Shown: positions 36,826 through 51,190, counted from the stretch's first letter. The stretch: 64,000 bases of DNA from Camelus dromedarius (GCF_036321535.1 NC_087436.1:93994001-94058000), one strand, 5' to 3'. Translations and numbers: made by a program. The notes: generated by a model not told the origin, from the sequence alone.

Positions 36826-37344
36826 ACACCTTATGTTTTCTAGCAATTAAAACCTATCATATCAACTATCATACTTAACAGTCTTTAATAGAATGCTGTA
36901 TTATAGTTTATTTTCCAAGGATCCCTAAGAAGAATTTCCAGATTTAACAGTAACTTAAACATCTTCAGGAAAAGGAATTTAAAGAAGCATAGATTTTTGG
37001 TAACTGGTGTCCTGGGATATGTATTATTCTAAAAGGTTCACTGCTGATATGTGGCCCAAACCAACTGTGTATTCACCAGGCTAAGCAAAACCAGCTTGCT
37101 CAATGAAGTAAGTTCAAATTGCAAATGGATATTAGAGTTTTGAAGATAGGCTGAAAATCGCTGTTCATATTTGTCTCTTTCTAGAATTGGAGAAATTTTT
37201 TAAAATAATCAGCACTTATAGTTCATAATATAAAATGAAGAAAACTTGGTATTTATACGTATTTCTCTTAGTCTTCACTAGTGTTTAAAATAGTCATGTA
37301 TTTACACACGTTGTTAGAAGGATACCAGCTTTGGATTAAAGACC

Positions 37345-37565
37345 CAGTGGTGAGGGGCTGTGGAGGGAGTGCAAACTTGGATTGGGGTCTCGCTGTGCCA
37401 CTTACTTGCTGTGCAGTAAATTCCTTTACAGCTACATTTCTCTGTTTCTTATGCTGAAATTGGAAATGGTACTAGTTTCCAGAATGGTTGTAAGGATTCA
37501 AGATGATTATGTAAGGTGCTTAGTACAGGTGATGTGCAGTAAAGACTTCATAACTGATAGCTGTA
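37345..37565 (+). mobile_element. MIR SINE
   Basis: ctgtgccacttacttgctgtg..ggttgtaaggattcaagatgattatgtaaggtgcttagtacag. Confidence 0.75.
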
Positions 37566-38378
37566 CTTACCTGCTTGTGGAGAAGAAGGAATGTAAGCAG
37601 CCTTAGCACTGTTTGTGGCCATTTTGGTTATAGCCAAAACTGCCCAGGACAATTGCAATGGTTGGGTAAAGAGTTTGTTTGGATGTCTGTATAGATGAGT
37701 AGTTTTGACTTTGGCTGCGTATTATAATCACCCAGAGGAGCTGTTAAAAACTACTAAGGCCTAGGACCCTACACAAATTCTAGGGTTTTTTTTTTTTAAG
37801 TTCTCTAGCCAAGGTTGTTCAACCAAGGTTGATATATAATAATTTAGACCAAATGGCAGCTTGGAGCCATCATTCTTGCTGATAGCCTTGCTTTGCTCTA
37901 TAGATAAGCAGATTTATGAGTAAGCTGCTGCTTAGCTCAAACAGATGCGGATCTGGTTCAACCCTGGTCAAAAATTCTCTTATAGATTTTCCACGGTTTT
38001 CTGTAAAAGCTACCTCCCAATAGGTTTTGTTCTTTATTCTTATCTGTCCTTGCTGTCTTTTTTCTAAGGGAGAAAAGGGGAGGCAAATAAAATAAAAGGA
38101 AATAGAGAAATGAGGATGATCAGTTGTTTCTGTGTCCTCTGAGCAATCCCAGTTAACACTGCTCAGGATAGCAGGCACAGACATGGAACTGACAGGTGAC
38201 AGGGCCTTTTAGGAGCTGCACTTCAGTGGCATTTGGCTTTAATAATTGTAAAAAAAAAAAACACTCCATGAACATGGAAATTTTCTATAAGCTTTTACTA
38301 GAGAGAGAGAGACAGAGAGGGGGAGAGATGTGACAACTTTTCACAAGTTCAAAATAAGGAACTGCTAGGAGGAGCCTC

Positions 38379-39156
38379 TTTTTTTTTTTTTTTCTTTTTT
38401 TTTTTAATTGAAGTATATTTGATTTACAATGTTGTGCCAGTTTCTGATGTACAGGGTAGTCATTCAGTTTTATATAAATGTATGTATGTGTCTATATATA
38501 TATATATATTCTTTTTCATATAGGTTATTATAAGCTATTGGATATAGTTTCCTGTGCTATACAGTAGGAGCTTGTTTATCTATTTTATATAAACTAGTTT
38601 GTATCCGATTATCCCAAACTCCTAATTTGTCCCTGCCTTCCACCACCTTCTCCTTTGGTAACCATGAATTTGTTTTCTGTATCTGTGAGTCTCTTTGTTT
38701 TGTAAATAAGTTCATTTGTATCATTTTTTAGATTCCACATATAAGTGATATCATATGATATTTGTCTTTTTCTGACTGACTTCACTTAGTACAATAATCT
38801 CTAGGTCCATCCGTGTTGCTGCATATGGCATTGTATCATTCTTTTTTTATGGCTGGAGTAGTATTTGATTGTGTATATATACACATACTACATCTTCTTC
38901 ATCCATTTATCTGTGGGTGGATATTTAGGTTGCCTTCATGTCTTGGGTATTATAAATAGTGCTGCTATGAACATTGGGGGGCATGTATCTTTTCGAATCA
39001 GAGTTTTCTCTGGATATATGCCCAGGAGTGGGATTGCTAGATCACATAGTAAGTCTATTTTTGGTGTTTTAAGGAATTTCTATACTGTTCTCCATAGTGG
39101 CTGCACCAAATTACATTCCTTCCAACAGTGCAGGAGGGTTTCCTTTTCTCCAAACC
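38379..39156 (-). mobile_element. Artiodactyl-type L1, 5'-truncated (about 780 bp) with poly(A) and TSD
   Basis: Poly-T at 38379-38405, L1 3' UTR and ORF2 end (ggatatatgcccaggagtgggattgct). TSD ctaggaggag (38365-38374 / 39157-39166). Confidence 0.93.
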
Positions 39157-39471
39157 CTAGGAGGAGACTTCTTTATTGGAATATCCTTTGTTAATTTTCT
39201 GTTTGAATGTCAGCACTTCTCTTTAAAGATACACTGGCACTGTTCTGTTATACCAAAAACACTGAAATGCCCTTTTCATTAAGGGCAAAGAGGCAGAGTA
39301 AAATTTTACTAAAGGAATTGAGGAGGGAAAATGGCAGCTTTTTATGAGATGTGCAGAGCACATTTGTTGAACTGTGAGAATAGTGAATTGGGGTTAGGTG
39401 AGATTACTATGTGACCTTAGTTACCCTATCCCACAATAATATATTCCAAGGAAGAGAGGTACAGTGAGACT

Positions 39472-39700
39472 GTTTGCTGTTTGGGATTCATTTGGTTGCA
39501 AGTGAAGAAATCCAGTCTCAAATAGCTTAAGGAATCATCAAACAAATATATCAAATTAAATTCTATACATAAAATCACATCTATGATCACTTAGCTGGAA
39601 ATTCCAAAGGGTTGAGAATGATTGGCTCAAAGGAGTTAAAAGAGGTCATCAGGATTATTTTTCTCTCTTTATCTCTTAGTCTGTCGTCCTCTGTGTTGTT
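39472..39700. mobile_element. Old MaLR LTR fragment (MLT1J/K/L-like)
   Basis: gggattcatttggttgcaagtgaagaaatccagtctcaaatagcttaagg. Confidence 0.55.
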
Positions 39701-41327
39701 TTTTGTTCTTACAACTCTCATTCCTAAGGAAAACCCCACAGCTTTCTCATCCTCAGAAGGACTCGATTCACCAGCATGGTGCCATGCTTGGACCTGTCGC
39801 TAAGTTCTGGGACATGGAGGGGTCTCTTACTGGGAGACACGGGAAGGTGGACAGGCAGGAGGAAGTACATGTCTGCTGTCCTCCTGAGCTCTTTTTCTGC
39901 AGTGCAGGGGCTTTGTTGATCCCTGTATCTTATGCCAAAGACTCCAAAGATAAATTACACCACCTTCCTTACACTACCATGGTTTTACTGACTCTCAAGA
40001 TTGTTTATCTATGTAGCTAAGCCTCTTGATAACCGGTAGAGGTTTTATCATTTCAGCAAGATTTTCCTCTGAGAAGAACACTGAGTACTTGACTTGTCTC
40101 TGTTGAGAAACTTTATCTTTTTTTTTTTTCACCAAGAGGAAGCCCATTGGCAACTATCTAGTTCTAGAATTTGGCTTGAGTACAGATCTGATCAGGAAGG
40201 AACCAATATTATGAACATTATCTCCCTGCTTTGTTTCAAGAGCAAGAAACTCTCCTGAGTAATTGTTGTGGGGAAATAAATACAACATGCTATTCTGTCA
40301 AATATTACAATGATTAAGGATTTGTTTTATCTTTCCTAGTCATTTATAAGCTTGTAAGTTCAACTTTATGTCTCTGTTGCCTGGTACCACGTAATAATGA
40401 GTCAAAAAATATATACTGACTGGTTAAGGGGAGACTAAAGAATTTTTAGATCATTTTACTGGATGTTCTAATTTGGCACAGTTAGAATTATGTGTTAAAA
40501 TTCATAATATTAACCCCAGAACATCCACATTTATTTGTTATAGTATAGATTTATTTTGATGAATGTCTTTCTAGTTATCATGTTTGTGGGCAGGAAGAAA
40601 TAAAGCACTGATACCCAGCTGTCTTTAGTTGAATTAGCCCTTGATAATAACTGGCCAGAACAGCCCTTTCCAGTTTCTTACCTCTCTCAGCAAACCTTAA
40701 ACATTTTTTTCATCTGAATTCCTAGGGCCCTTTGTGGGGAAAGAACTTCACACTCTGAGCACTTGCTATTTGCCAAGTGCTCTGTGAACACATTGTCTTA
40801 TTGAAATCTCACAGTCACACCATAAAGACTTATTCCTCTTTCTCAACTTTTAGGAGAATTAGTCATTCCCGCCTTCACGGCACCTTCTATCACGGCTTAT
40901 ATCACACTGTGTTGTGATCATTATTTGTTTGTATTTCTGTTTCCTACTAGATGATGAGTTTTTCAACTGCAGAGTCTGTATCTTATTCAGGTGTGCATTC
41001 TCAGTACCCAGCTCTGTAGTGAGAACTTAGCAATTTGGGTATTGTATGATCTTTACAAATTTGACACCTGAGGCTTGCCCAAGGTTGCTAAGTGGAAAGC
41101 AATAAGGTTAGATTTTGAGCTCATGTCTGCCAGACTCTAAGCCTTGATTTCTTTCTCCTAAACCACTCTGTTGTTAGAAAGGAGGGTTGGCTGGAGTGAT
41201 GTAGATGATTGAGGAGGGGAAATATAAGGGGAAGATGAAGAGAGTCATTGCTTGCTGGGGCTAGGAAGGGAGGTTAATTATGCATTGCTCAGTTTAGCAG
41301 TGCTCTGACCCCCCAGACTCCCTTCCC

Positions 41328-41388
41328 CAGCAAACCACACACTCCCTTCCCCAGCACACACACGCACGCACGCACGCACGCACGCACA
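41328..41388. repeat. Duplicated actcccttccccagca followed by (GCAC)n
   Basis: Direct reading. Confidence 0.8.
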
Positions 41389-41784
41389 GGCATTATCTGT
41401 GACTTTGTTACAGACAGAGTACTGCATGAGCAGGGATCAGAGAAAGCATTTTCTTGGAAAGCTGTTCACTGTGAGGATAACAAAGAGCTGGAGCACCAAG
41501 TCATCCACCAGGATATAAATATATCATTTTCTTAACAGAACCTTCTCTGTAATATTATTCGGGGTAGTGATGTTTTACCTATAAGGTTCTAGTCTGAAAT
41601 GAAGTTAGTAGAGAACATGTAACAGACACATCACAGTTCCCACAGCTGAATGCATGAATTTCATTTCTGGGGCATGATGGTTAGGACAGGAGAGATTTAG
41701 GGGAAGCCTTTGAAACAGATGCTCCTGAAGTCAGGGTGGAGAGTGTCAGCATCTGCCATTCTTCCATTCTCACTCACATGCTTT

Positions 41785-43762
41785 TTAATTTTTTTAATAA
41801 CAGCTTTATTTGGGATATAATTCACCTTCCACACAATTTAAAGCATACAATTTAATGGGGTTTAGTATATTTATACTAATATACTGAAGTTGTGCAACCA
41901 TCATTACAATCAATTTCAGAACATTTTCATTACCTCTGTAAAAAATCCCCTGTACACATTAACAGACACTTCCCTTTCCTTCCCACCCCTGCAGTCCAGC
42001 CGTATACAACCACTAATCTACTTTCAGTCTTTATAAATTTGCCTGTTCTGAACATTTCATATAAATGGAATCAGTATATGTGGTCTTTTGTAACTGGCTT
42101 CTTTCACTAAGGTTAATGTTTTCAAGGTTTGTCCTTGTGCTATGTTTCAGTACTTCATTCCTTTTTATTGCTGAATAGTTTTCCATTGAATATACCACAT
42201 TTTATATATTTTTATTTATTCATCAGTTGATAGACATTTGGGTTGGCTCGAGTTGGCTATTACAATGCTGCTATGATCAATTTGTGTACAAATTTTTGTG
42301 TGGTCTCAAGTATTCATTCCTCTTGGATATATACTTAGGAGTGGAGTTGCTGGGTCACATGGTGACTCTGTGTTCCACCCTTTGAGGAACTGCCAGACAA
42401 TTTTTCAAAGTGGCCACACCATTTTACATTCCCATTAGCAGTGTATGAGGGTTCGAGTGTCTATACATTTTCCAAAACTTGTTATGATCAGCCTTTTTGG
42501 TTATAGTCATCCTAGAGGGTGTGAAGTGGTATCTCTTTGCAGTTTTAATTTGCATTTCCTTGGTGGCTAATTATGTTGAGCATTTTCCAAGTGCTTTTTG
42601 GTTCTTTGTTTATCTTCCTTGAAGAAAGTCTATTCAGATTTTTGCCTGCTTTTCAGCTGAGTTACTTTTCTTTTTATTATTGAGTTGTCGGAGTTCTCGA
42701 TATACTTTTACACAAGCCCCTTATTAAATATATAATTTGCAAATATTTTCTCTTACTTTGTGGGTTATCCTGTCACTTTCTTAATGATGTCATCCAAGGC
42801 ACAAAAACATTTCATTTTAGCTAAGTACAATTTAATGATTTTTTTCTTTTGTTGCTTATGCTTTTGATGTCAAATCTAAAATGGCATTGCCTGGTCCAAG
42901 GTCATGAAGGTTTACACCTATCTTTTCTTCTAAGAGTTTTACAGTTTTAGCTCTTAGATTTGGGTGATTGATACATTATTTTTTAATTTTTATTTATGGT
43001 ATGAGTTATGGGTCCAGCTTCATTCTCCTGTATTTGAATAGTTGTCCTTGTATCATTTTTTAAAAAGACTATTCTTTTTGCATTGAGTGGACTTAACACC
43101 TTTGTCAAAAATCAATTGACTATAGATGCATGTTGTTTTGTTTGTTTGTTTCTGGGCTCTCAGTTCTATTCCATTGGTCAGTATGTCTCTTCTTATGCTA
43201 GCACTATACTGTCTTAATTACCACAGCTTTATAGTAAGTTTTGAAACTGGGAAATGTGAGTCTTCCAACTTTGCTCTTCTTTTTCAGAACTGTTTTGGTT
43301 GTTATGGGCCTCTTTGATTTTTTTATGAATTTGATCAGCTTACCATTTCTTCAAAGAAGCTAGCTGGGATATTGATGAGGATTGTGTTGAATACATACAT
43401 CAGTTTGAGGTGTACTGCCATCTTAACAATATTATATCTTTGATCCATAAATATGAGATGTTTTTCTGTTGATTTAGATCTTCTTTCATCTATTACAACA
43501 TTTTGAAGTTTTCATATTATTTCGTTATTTTTGATGCTATTTTAAATGAAGTTATTTTGTTAATTTCATTTTTTGAATTGTTCGTTGATGATGCATAGAA
43601 ATACAATTGATGTTTGTGTGTTGGTCTTGTATCCTGCAACCTTGTTAAACTTGTTTAGTAATTCTAAGTGTTTTAGTGAATTCTTTAGGGTTTTCTACAT
43701 ATAAAATCATGTCACCTGTGAATATATGTAGTTTTATTTCTTCCTTTCCAATGAAGATGCCC

Positions 43763-43812
<50 letters not shown>

Positions 43813-44905
43813 TCTTTTTCTTGTCTAATTGCCCTGGCTAAAATCTCCAGTATAATGTTGAGTAGATATGGCAAAAAGTGAGCACCCTTGTCTTGTTTAT
43901 AGACCTTAGGGGAAAAGCATTCTATCTTTTACCATGAAGTTTGATGTTAGTTGTGGGCTTTCGTAGATGCTTTTTATCATGTTGAAGAAGTTCCCTTGGT
44001 TCCTAATTTGTTGAGTGTTTTAATCATAAAAGGTTGTTGCATTGTGTCAGAAGTTTTTTTTTGGGGGGGTCTATTGAAATAATATGTATGGTTTTTGTTC
44101 TTTATTAATAAACTATAGTGTATTGCATTGATTGATTTTCCTATGTTAAAACCTTGCATTCCTGGGATAAATCACACTTGGTCATGGTGTGTAATCCTTT
44201 CTATGTTGTTTTATTCAATTTGCTAGTATTTTGCTAAGGATTTTTGCATCTATATTCATAAGAGATATTGATTTGTAGTTTTCTTGTGATGCCTTTGTCT
44301 GGATTTTTGTAGCAAGGTAACATTGGCCTCATTAAACTGAGAAATGTTCCATCCTCTTCTGTTTTTTGGAAGAGCTTATGAAGGATTGGTAATAATCATA
44401 CTTTACACATTTGGTAGAATTCACTAGGGGAGCTGTCTGCTCCTGGACTTTTTTTTGTGGAAAAAATAATTATTACTAACTTAAACTCTTCACTTATTAC
44501 AAGTCTGTTCAGATTCTCTATTTCTTCTTGAGTCTGTTTTAGTAGTTGTGCCTTTCTAGGAAATTGTTCATTACATCTAGGTCATAGATTTGCCAGCATA
44601 TAATATTCCCTTATAATCTTTTTTACTTCTGTGAGGTCAGTAGTGATGTCCCTCTTTTATTCCCAAGTTTAGTAAATTGAGTCTTCTCTCTTATTTTCTT
44701 GGTCATTCTAGCTAAGGGTTTGTGAATATTGAGCTTTTCAAAGAACCAGCTTTCAGTTTCCTTGATTTTCTTTATTGTTTTTCTCTTCTCCATTTCCTTT
44801 ATTTCTGTTCGAGTCCTTATTCCTATTTAATTTCATTTCTTCCTTATGTTGTTTCAGATTTAGTTTGATCTTCTTTTTCTAGTTTTTTAAAGTGGAAGGT
44901 TAGTT
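41785..44905 (-). mobile_element. L1MB-like LINE, about 3.1 kb (3' UTR plus 3' part of ORF2)
   Basis: 3' end aacagctttatt..gttgtgcaaccatcattacaatcaatttcagaacattttcat. ORF remnant 43977-44159 (-) MQGFNIGKSINAIH..QQPFMIKTLNKLG matches L1 ORF2 RT (GMQGWFNIRKSINVIH..IQQPFMLKTLNKLG). Confidence 0.95.
43763..43812. repeat. (TTA)16 microsatellite inside L1
   Basis: Direct reading. Confidence 0.95.
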
Positions 44906-45080
44906 TTTTCACTGCAGTTTAATTGTTGCCTTCATTATCTATCTCACAAGACAGTTTGTGAGTGTGGGTGACCAATGCTGCATCTGAGCCAGTGCATTCA
45001 GACCTTCTAGTGACAGGATCCATGAAGGTAGTACACAGAGAATAATTGATGTAATACTGATTTCTCACTATGATGGAGTC

Positions 45081-45335
45081 CATGTGGCATTATGGTTCTA
45101 GGTCAAAACATGGTTCCTGGAGTCTGGCTGCCTGGATGTGAGCTCTGTCTCTGTCCCTTAATAGCTGTGAGACTTTGGGCAACTTATTTAAGTTCTCTAA
45201 GTCTCATTCTCCACATTTGTAAAATAAGCATGAAGATACTACCTCACAGTATTGTTATGAGGGTTAAATGAGCTGACATGTGAAGTCTTAGCCTAGAATT
45301 GGTACATGGCAAATGCTCAGTTAGGGTTAGCTATT
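45081..45335 (+). mobile_element. MIR SINE, full length
   Basis: ctggagtctggctgcctggatgtgag..agctgtgagactttgggcaacttatttaa..tacctcacagtattgttatgagggttaaatgagct..aaatgctcagt. Confidence 0.9.
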
Positions 45336-47077
45336 CTTATGTAGTTGTTGTTGTTATTGTTGTTGTTAGGTCAGGTGGACCTGTGCAGAGCTAACCACAT
45401 GTAAAGTAGCTACAGAGCTTGGAGTTGTGTTTCCATTAGTTTGTACTTCTTTGCCAACCACCTCACATGCTACCAAGATGAACCTCACCAGCATTTGCTG
45501 CTAAGTGTGGCAGCCTTGGCTGTAACTTTTCTGAAAGATCTCAGACCTTACTTATTTGATCATTTTTCTATATTATAATGATGATACGAGAATAAGGGCA
45601 GGAAATTATTTTCCTAAACAAATTTGAAACAAGCTCAGGATGGGAGTGCCATTATTATGAAAATGGTGTCACTAAAAAATTCTAATTTAAGTTTTATAAT
45701 ACCTCAATTTCTCCTCTTGAGATGGGGATAGATATGTCCTCTCTGAACTCACCAGAGGAGCTAACAGTAAGGGCCTGGGACCTGAGACTCCGTGGGGGGA
45801 GCGTGTTCTCCCACTGCAGCTTCAAGGCACATGGCTGCTGTTTATGTGTCTGATAGGCATTTCTCAGAAGTAAAAAAAAGTACAGGCGTGTTATTCTCAT
45901 CCTTCAGCCAAAGAATGGCCATTACTTTTACAAAAAGAAAAAAGATAGGGATCGATCCTTATCAGAAAACTTTCAGTTAGCTTCCTTTAAAATGAAAATA
46001 TAGCCATCCTCTAGATATGTATGGATGGTTTTTCTTTAAGATAATCCTAAAACCTTCAAGCAAAGTAATATTTTAATAAAAATATTTTATTAACTATAGC
46101 TAGATATTAGCTTTATGTTTTTACCATTTGAATATAAATATTAATATTTCATATTAAAGCAATAGGCAAGCATTATTTTAATAATAATATATTGCTTCTT
46201 TTCCTGGTAACTCAGAACATTTTCATGCATACTGTATATTTTTCCCCCTGACCCCATCTCTGAGGGTGCTATAGGGAAATAATTATTTCCATTTCTGTGG
46301 GAAGAAGAAATAAAATATTTTAAAGACATTTTCCCCAAGATCTTCTAGTTAATAGGATAAGTATAACCAGTACTCTTTCTTGTCCCATTAAACCTTTTTA
46401 TCCAAAGCATCACTAAGCAGTAGAAAGGATGTGGATTCCCTCTTTTTTCCCCGGCCTTGTAGGTGCAGAGAAATTAGAGAATACTAGGTGATACTTAGGG
46501 AAAAAGTGAAGAAAAGAACTCATCAGTCTATAAGTTGTTAATCAACTTTCTTTGTGAGATATATAGATATATATCAGCAGATGAGTTTTATCCAAGGATG
46601 AGTTGAAAGATTTACTTTTTGGAAGACTGAATTTAGTATGAATTAGTCAAAGATATAATTCTATTAATAATAATTAAAATCTCATTTATCTCTTCATACA
46701 TAGGGCAAGCCATTCTTGTTCTTTGTGTAGCACAAATAATTATACAAGGATGTGAAAGATGGGACATTAGGGAGACTAATGATGAGTTCTAAATTAGACA
46801 ATTGCAGTGGCATGGGATCAGCACAGAATCTCTTCGTGTTTGGGCTCCTTAAACAATATCCAATATAATTTTCATTGTTACGCTGAGAATATATTATTGA
46901 AAGTTGTGTTAAGTACATTTTGTAGCCCTATATTATCACTTGGTAAATTTTATTGGCTGTCTTACTATTTTCCAAAACTTTTAGGCCAGCTGAATAAGAG
47001 CTCACTAGTGCTTTAGATGATCCTTTCAAAGAGTGCTAAGACATTAAGTTAAGCATCACACTGAGGCAGCTGTAAAG

Positions 47078-47080
<3 letters not shown>

Positions 47081-47125
<45 letters not shown>
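47081..47125. repeat. (TG)22 microsatellite
   Basis: Direct reading. Confidence 0.97.
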
Positions 47126-47126
<1 letters not shown>

Positions 47127-48234
47127 GGGGATATTTATTATACATCGTATCTAGATACTGGTTTTTGATAGGAAAGAAATGGGTGATGCAGAGGTAAAAT
47201 CACTAACATCATCAGGTGGTGAAGACCACAAGGAATGCCTCCGTTCCTGAGACTCTGACTCATTCTGTTTGTTTGTTTTGTTTGTTTGTTTTGTCTCATT
47301 CAATTCTATCTGCCAATTCTCAATAAAGTTTCTAAAAGAAACCTGTGATGTACAAGAGCTAATAGATGACCTTTGACCATCCTATGGTTGCTCCTTCCTG
47401 GGGGCACACAGGGAATAATTTTTGGTGGCTCTGAAATCTTAAGACATTTCCACTCCAGTGAGCAATTAAAGAAGTACTGGCATTGACTTCTGGGATCCAA
47501 AATAATTCTGAAACCCTGTGAGTGGACCAGCGATGACTTATAGAAAATGGTAACAGTCAGGGATCACCTGACAGATAAGAACTGATTAAACATGTATATG
47601 TAGATTATCAAGATCATGACATATAAATCAACCAGAGACCAGCTACAAATGCTGTGTAAGTGCCTTTACAGTTTAAACAGGGCATATATGTGCTCTGTTA
47701 AATTATAATCTCATGGGAAATTGGTTCTACCAGAATTTGTAAATTCCAAAACCAGTGTTTCTTAACCCATTTTCCTTCTACCCAGCACTCACCCCCATTC
47801 CCTCTAAGGACCCTATACCAAAGAAGAAATTTCACAACTTCCACTTAAATCTGTAGCCCATCCCAGGGCATAACATTGCAAAAAGTATCCCTTACATGTA
47901 ATCCATTTCTAAATATTGATAAGTAATTTAATTATTCCACAATCTGAGATAAAATACAGACAAGAATGAATTTTGTAAATTATACACCACTATACAAATT
48001 AGTAATTATCCTTATTACTGAAAATATAAACATTTCTTCTTCATTTTGATAGAGCAGAAGCTAGATTGTTCTCTTATGCAAATGAGAAAATTAATATATT
48101 TTTGTTATTTAACAGATTTAGTACTGAGGATCTGTCGTGTACGAGTAAGCCAGTAGGTTAGGAAGCACAACTATGGATATGAAAGAATTTACTCTGTGTC
48201 CTCAGGCACCTTACAATGCTTTATCATGCCCTTA

Positions 48235-48600
48235 TACCGGTTTATATTCCCACTAGAGTATACACAAGACTCTGTTTTCCCCAACCTTCACCACCAGTGG
48301 GTGTTATAAAATTTAAAAATTTTTGCTGATTCGATAGGACTTTTTTTTGTCTAGATTTACATGTATTTAATTGAACAAAGTTCGATTTGAATAAGGTTGA
48401 ACATATTTTTATGTTTATTGGACTTAGAATTTTCTTTTTCTGCACACTGCCTCTTCCTATCTTTGCTAGTATTTATTAGGTTACATTTTCTTTATTGATT
48501 TGTAAAAGCTCTTGCACATTAAGGAAATTGACTTTTCATTATAATGAAAATATCTGTAGCAGCTGATCCCATTTGTAGTTTGTCTTTGATTTTGTTTTCA
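48235..48600 (-). mobile_element. L1ME-like fragment
   Basis: tttatattcccactagag..ccttcaccaccagtgggtgttata..aggttgaacatatttttatgtttattgg..ttattgatttgtaaaagctctt. Confidence 0.75.
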
Positions 48601-50454
48601 TACGTATTTCAAAATTCCATTTAATTCTTGGTGAAAAGAAAGGTAATGATAGGGACCAATTTTTAGTTTGATTTGAAATTTAGATAAATTCTCAGTTTCA
48701 ATCTTAGCTACTGTGTTTAGTTATTTAATTCTCCAATCTAAGTTCAATTATTAGCTGATGTGTCTCCTGGCACATAGGTATGTGCATATAAAGAGTTTAA
48801 AACGGAGATTTCTTGTATCATAATTTTTCCTTCTTCATTTCTGAAAGAGAACTAAGTACCATTAATGGCATTCTATTTCTTCAATTAATATTGTTATTAC
48901 TATTTTGTAGGTTTACTTCCAATAAGTGCATTAGTGACAACCACTCAGGAGAAGTTTAATAAGCAGTTATTGTTAATCACATGCTTGTAAATTTGAGGGA
49001 TGTTTCTACTTCCTCTTCGTGAAAGTATGTTTTCACAGTAATGTGTTTTTCCAATTTAAAAAAAATTACCCATCTGAGTAATTATAAGGAATCATAACTA
49101 TCATTTTCATTAACACTTCAGATCAAAGTGATTTTCATATAAATCTTTTTATACTTTCACTTGGAACTAACTCTGAGTCTGATCATTTCTGCATTGGCAT
49201 TCCTAAAAACATACTGTGGTAACAAGCTGCTCCAGTGCCTTTTTTTTTTTTTTTTTTTTTCCTTTTTTGTAAAGCAAAGCTGGAGAAATGAGCTGCTTCT
49301 CAAAGCAGCGAGGTCTCAGAGGCACATGTGGATTTCACACTGGAAGGCTGACACAAATACAGTAGGAGAACAGAAGAGGCTCACACATGCGTATCTTTAC
49401 TGCTCGAGGTAGCATCTGTTAATGTGACTTTCCTTCTTCCTAATCTTTTCCATAGTTGCTCACCAAACAGCTAAAGACATTGGGCTTTGAGGTCTTTGTT
49501 TCACAATGATTCTTCATAAGCTGAATTTTCTTATTATGATTTATGGCTTCGTATTGAAAGTCAAAATTATTTTACCAATAGTTTGGAATTCTTGTCAAGA
49601 GCAGTTATTGAGCACCTAAGGGAGTGAATTTCTCTGTGTATGCCCTTGGCAGGGAGAGAGGTTGAAAGCAAGTGGCTTGGATATGATATATTTCGCAAGG
49701 TACTATCAGCTTGTCATGCAAGTAAATAACTATGTAAATGAACAAAAAATCGAGAGAAAGTCTTAAAACTTTGTGCACACGTTTTAATTTTCGAATGTGG
49801 AATTTTAGTTTATGCAGTGTTGTGATGAAACAGGAATTCCCACCCATTTTGCAAGTCTGCAGATGACAAACACACAGTTGTCAAATGTATACAAAAGCAG
49901 GAATGCCAAAGCCATGTGGCGGTAAAGTCCTTTGGAGAAAGGGAGATACCTCAATGAGAAGCCTTCCTGAGGAAAATGGTTCTAGAGGAGAGCTGTGAAG
50001 GAAAAAAAGGATCTGTTCAGATAGAGAGAGTGGAAAGGTAGTCGGGGTTTTTGCGTGTGTGTGTGTGTGTGTGTCTGTTGAGTGTGAGAGGAACAAAGGG
50101 CAATTTTGCAGTGGTTTGTAGTCTGAAGTTAAGCGAAGATTTGCAGTTCATGATCAAAAGCTTGTAATGTTATGGATGATCAGGATCACATCAGATTCCC
50201 TTCGTGGGGGTAATATGATCCCACCCTACTTCAGGGAGATGGTCCTTCCTGCTTTCAGGCTGATTAGCAGGGAAAGTGGCTATCCGGGAGGGAAGCAAAG
50301 AGGTTGTGCCTTGTTAGTGCTGAGCGAAATCAGTAAGAAAAGAAAGGGAAATAATTGCCATTAAGGACTTAGTAATGGGCTGAAAAGGTGAGAAGGGGGC
50401 TAAAACAGGAAATTGTTATCTCAAACCATCTTAATTTTTCTGATGACCAAGTTT

Positions 50455-51190
50455 ATGCTAAAGATAAATGTGTGTATATAATGTTAAAATACAGAAGAAC
50501 ATAAAATTAAAAACTTAAATCATCCGTATTCAATATTCTTACTCTTCAGAGACAACCACTTCAATATTTTTTTATTTTTCTAGTTATTTTTACAGTATCA
50601 ATTGATCATCTGTATATACAGTTTTATGTACTATTCTCTTAATCTCACAAATCACAAACCTTTACTCATGACATTAAAGTTCTTCATAAAAGTAATTTTT
50701 AGTGGCTGAACAGTTAATATAATTTTTAGTGGCTTATGTACCACCATTTATTTAACCATTCCCTTAATGTAAAGCATTTGGATAGTTTCTAAATTTATTA
50801 CAAAGAATTCTGAGATAAACATCTTTGTATGTAAACTTCATTTTATTATTTCTTTAGGATAGATCTTAATAATACAATTGCCAAGTGAAGAGAATGAATA
50901 TTTTCACAGCTTCTCATACATAAAATTTTTTTAAGGAAAGATTTTAATCAATTTATATTTGTCTTTCTGAAGAGTGAGAGTTTTAGCACTATTTGCTAAT
51001 TTGAGGGGAAGGGTAGAGTATGTACTTAGCAAGCATGAGGTCCTGGGTTCAATCCCTAGTACCTCCATTAAAAATTTTTTTTTTTGCTTATTTTATTGGT
51101 TAAAAGTGATATTCTTTATATATTTCTTGCTTTAATTTACATTTATTTGCTTAACAATGAGACTGAACATTTTGTTGGGTTATTTGTAAT
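50455..51190 (-). mobile_element. L1ME-like fragment (host of a SINE)
   Basis: tttagtggct..tgtaccaccatttatttaaccattccct..catttggatagtttct..ctttaggatagatctt..gcttttaatttacatttatttg. Confidence 0.7.
51005..51080 (+). mobile_element. Camelid tRNA-derived SINE with A-box deletion
   Basis: ggggaagggtagagtatgtacttagcaagcatgaggtcctgggttcaatccctagtacctccattaaaaa lacks the tagctcagtg segment seen in other copies. Confidence 0.88.

Noticed and set aside
38865..39194. 109-aa plus-strand ORF
   Set aside because: It is the antisense reading of the L1 3' region, a well-known source of spurious predictions.
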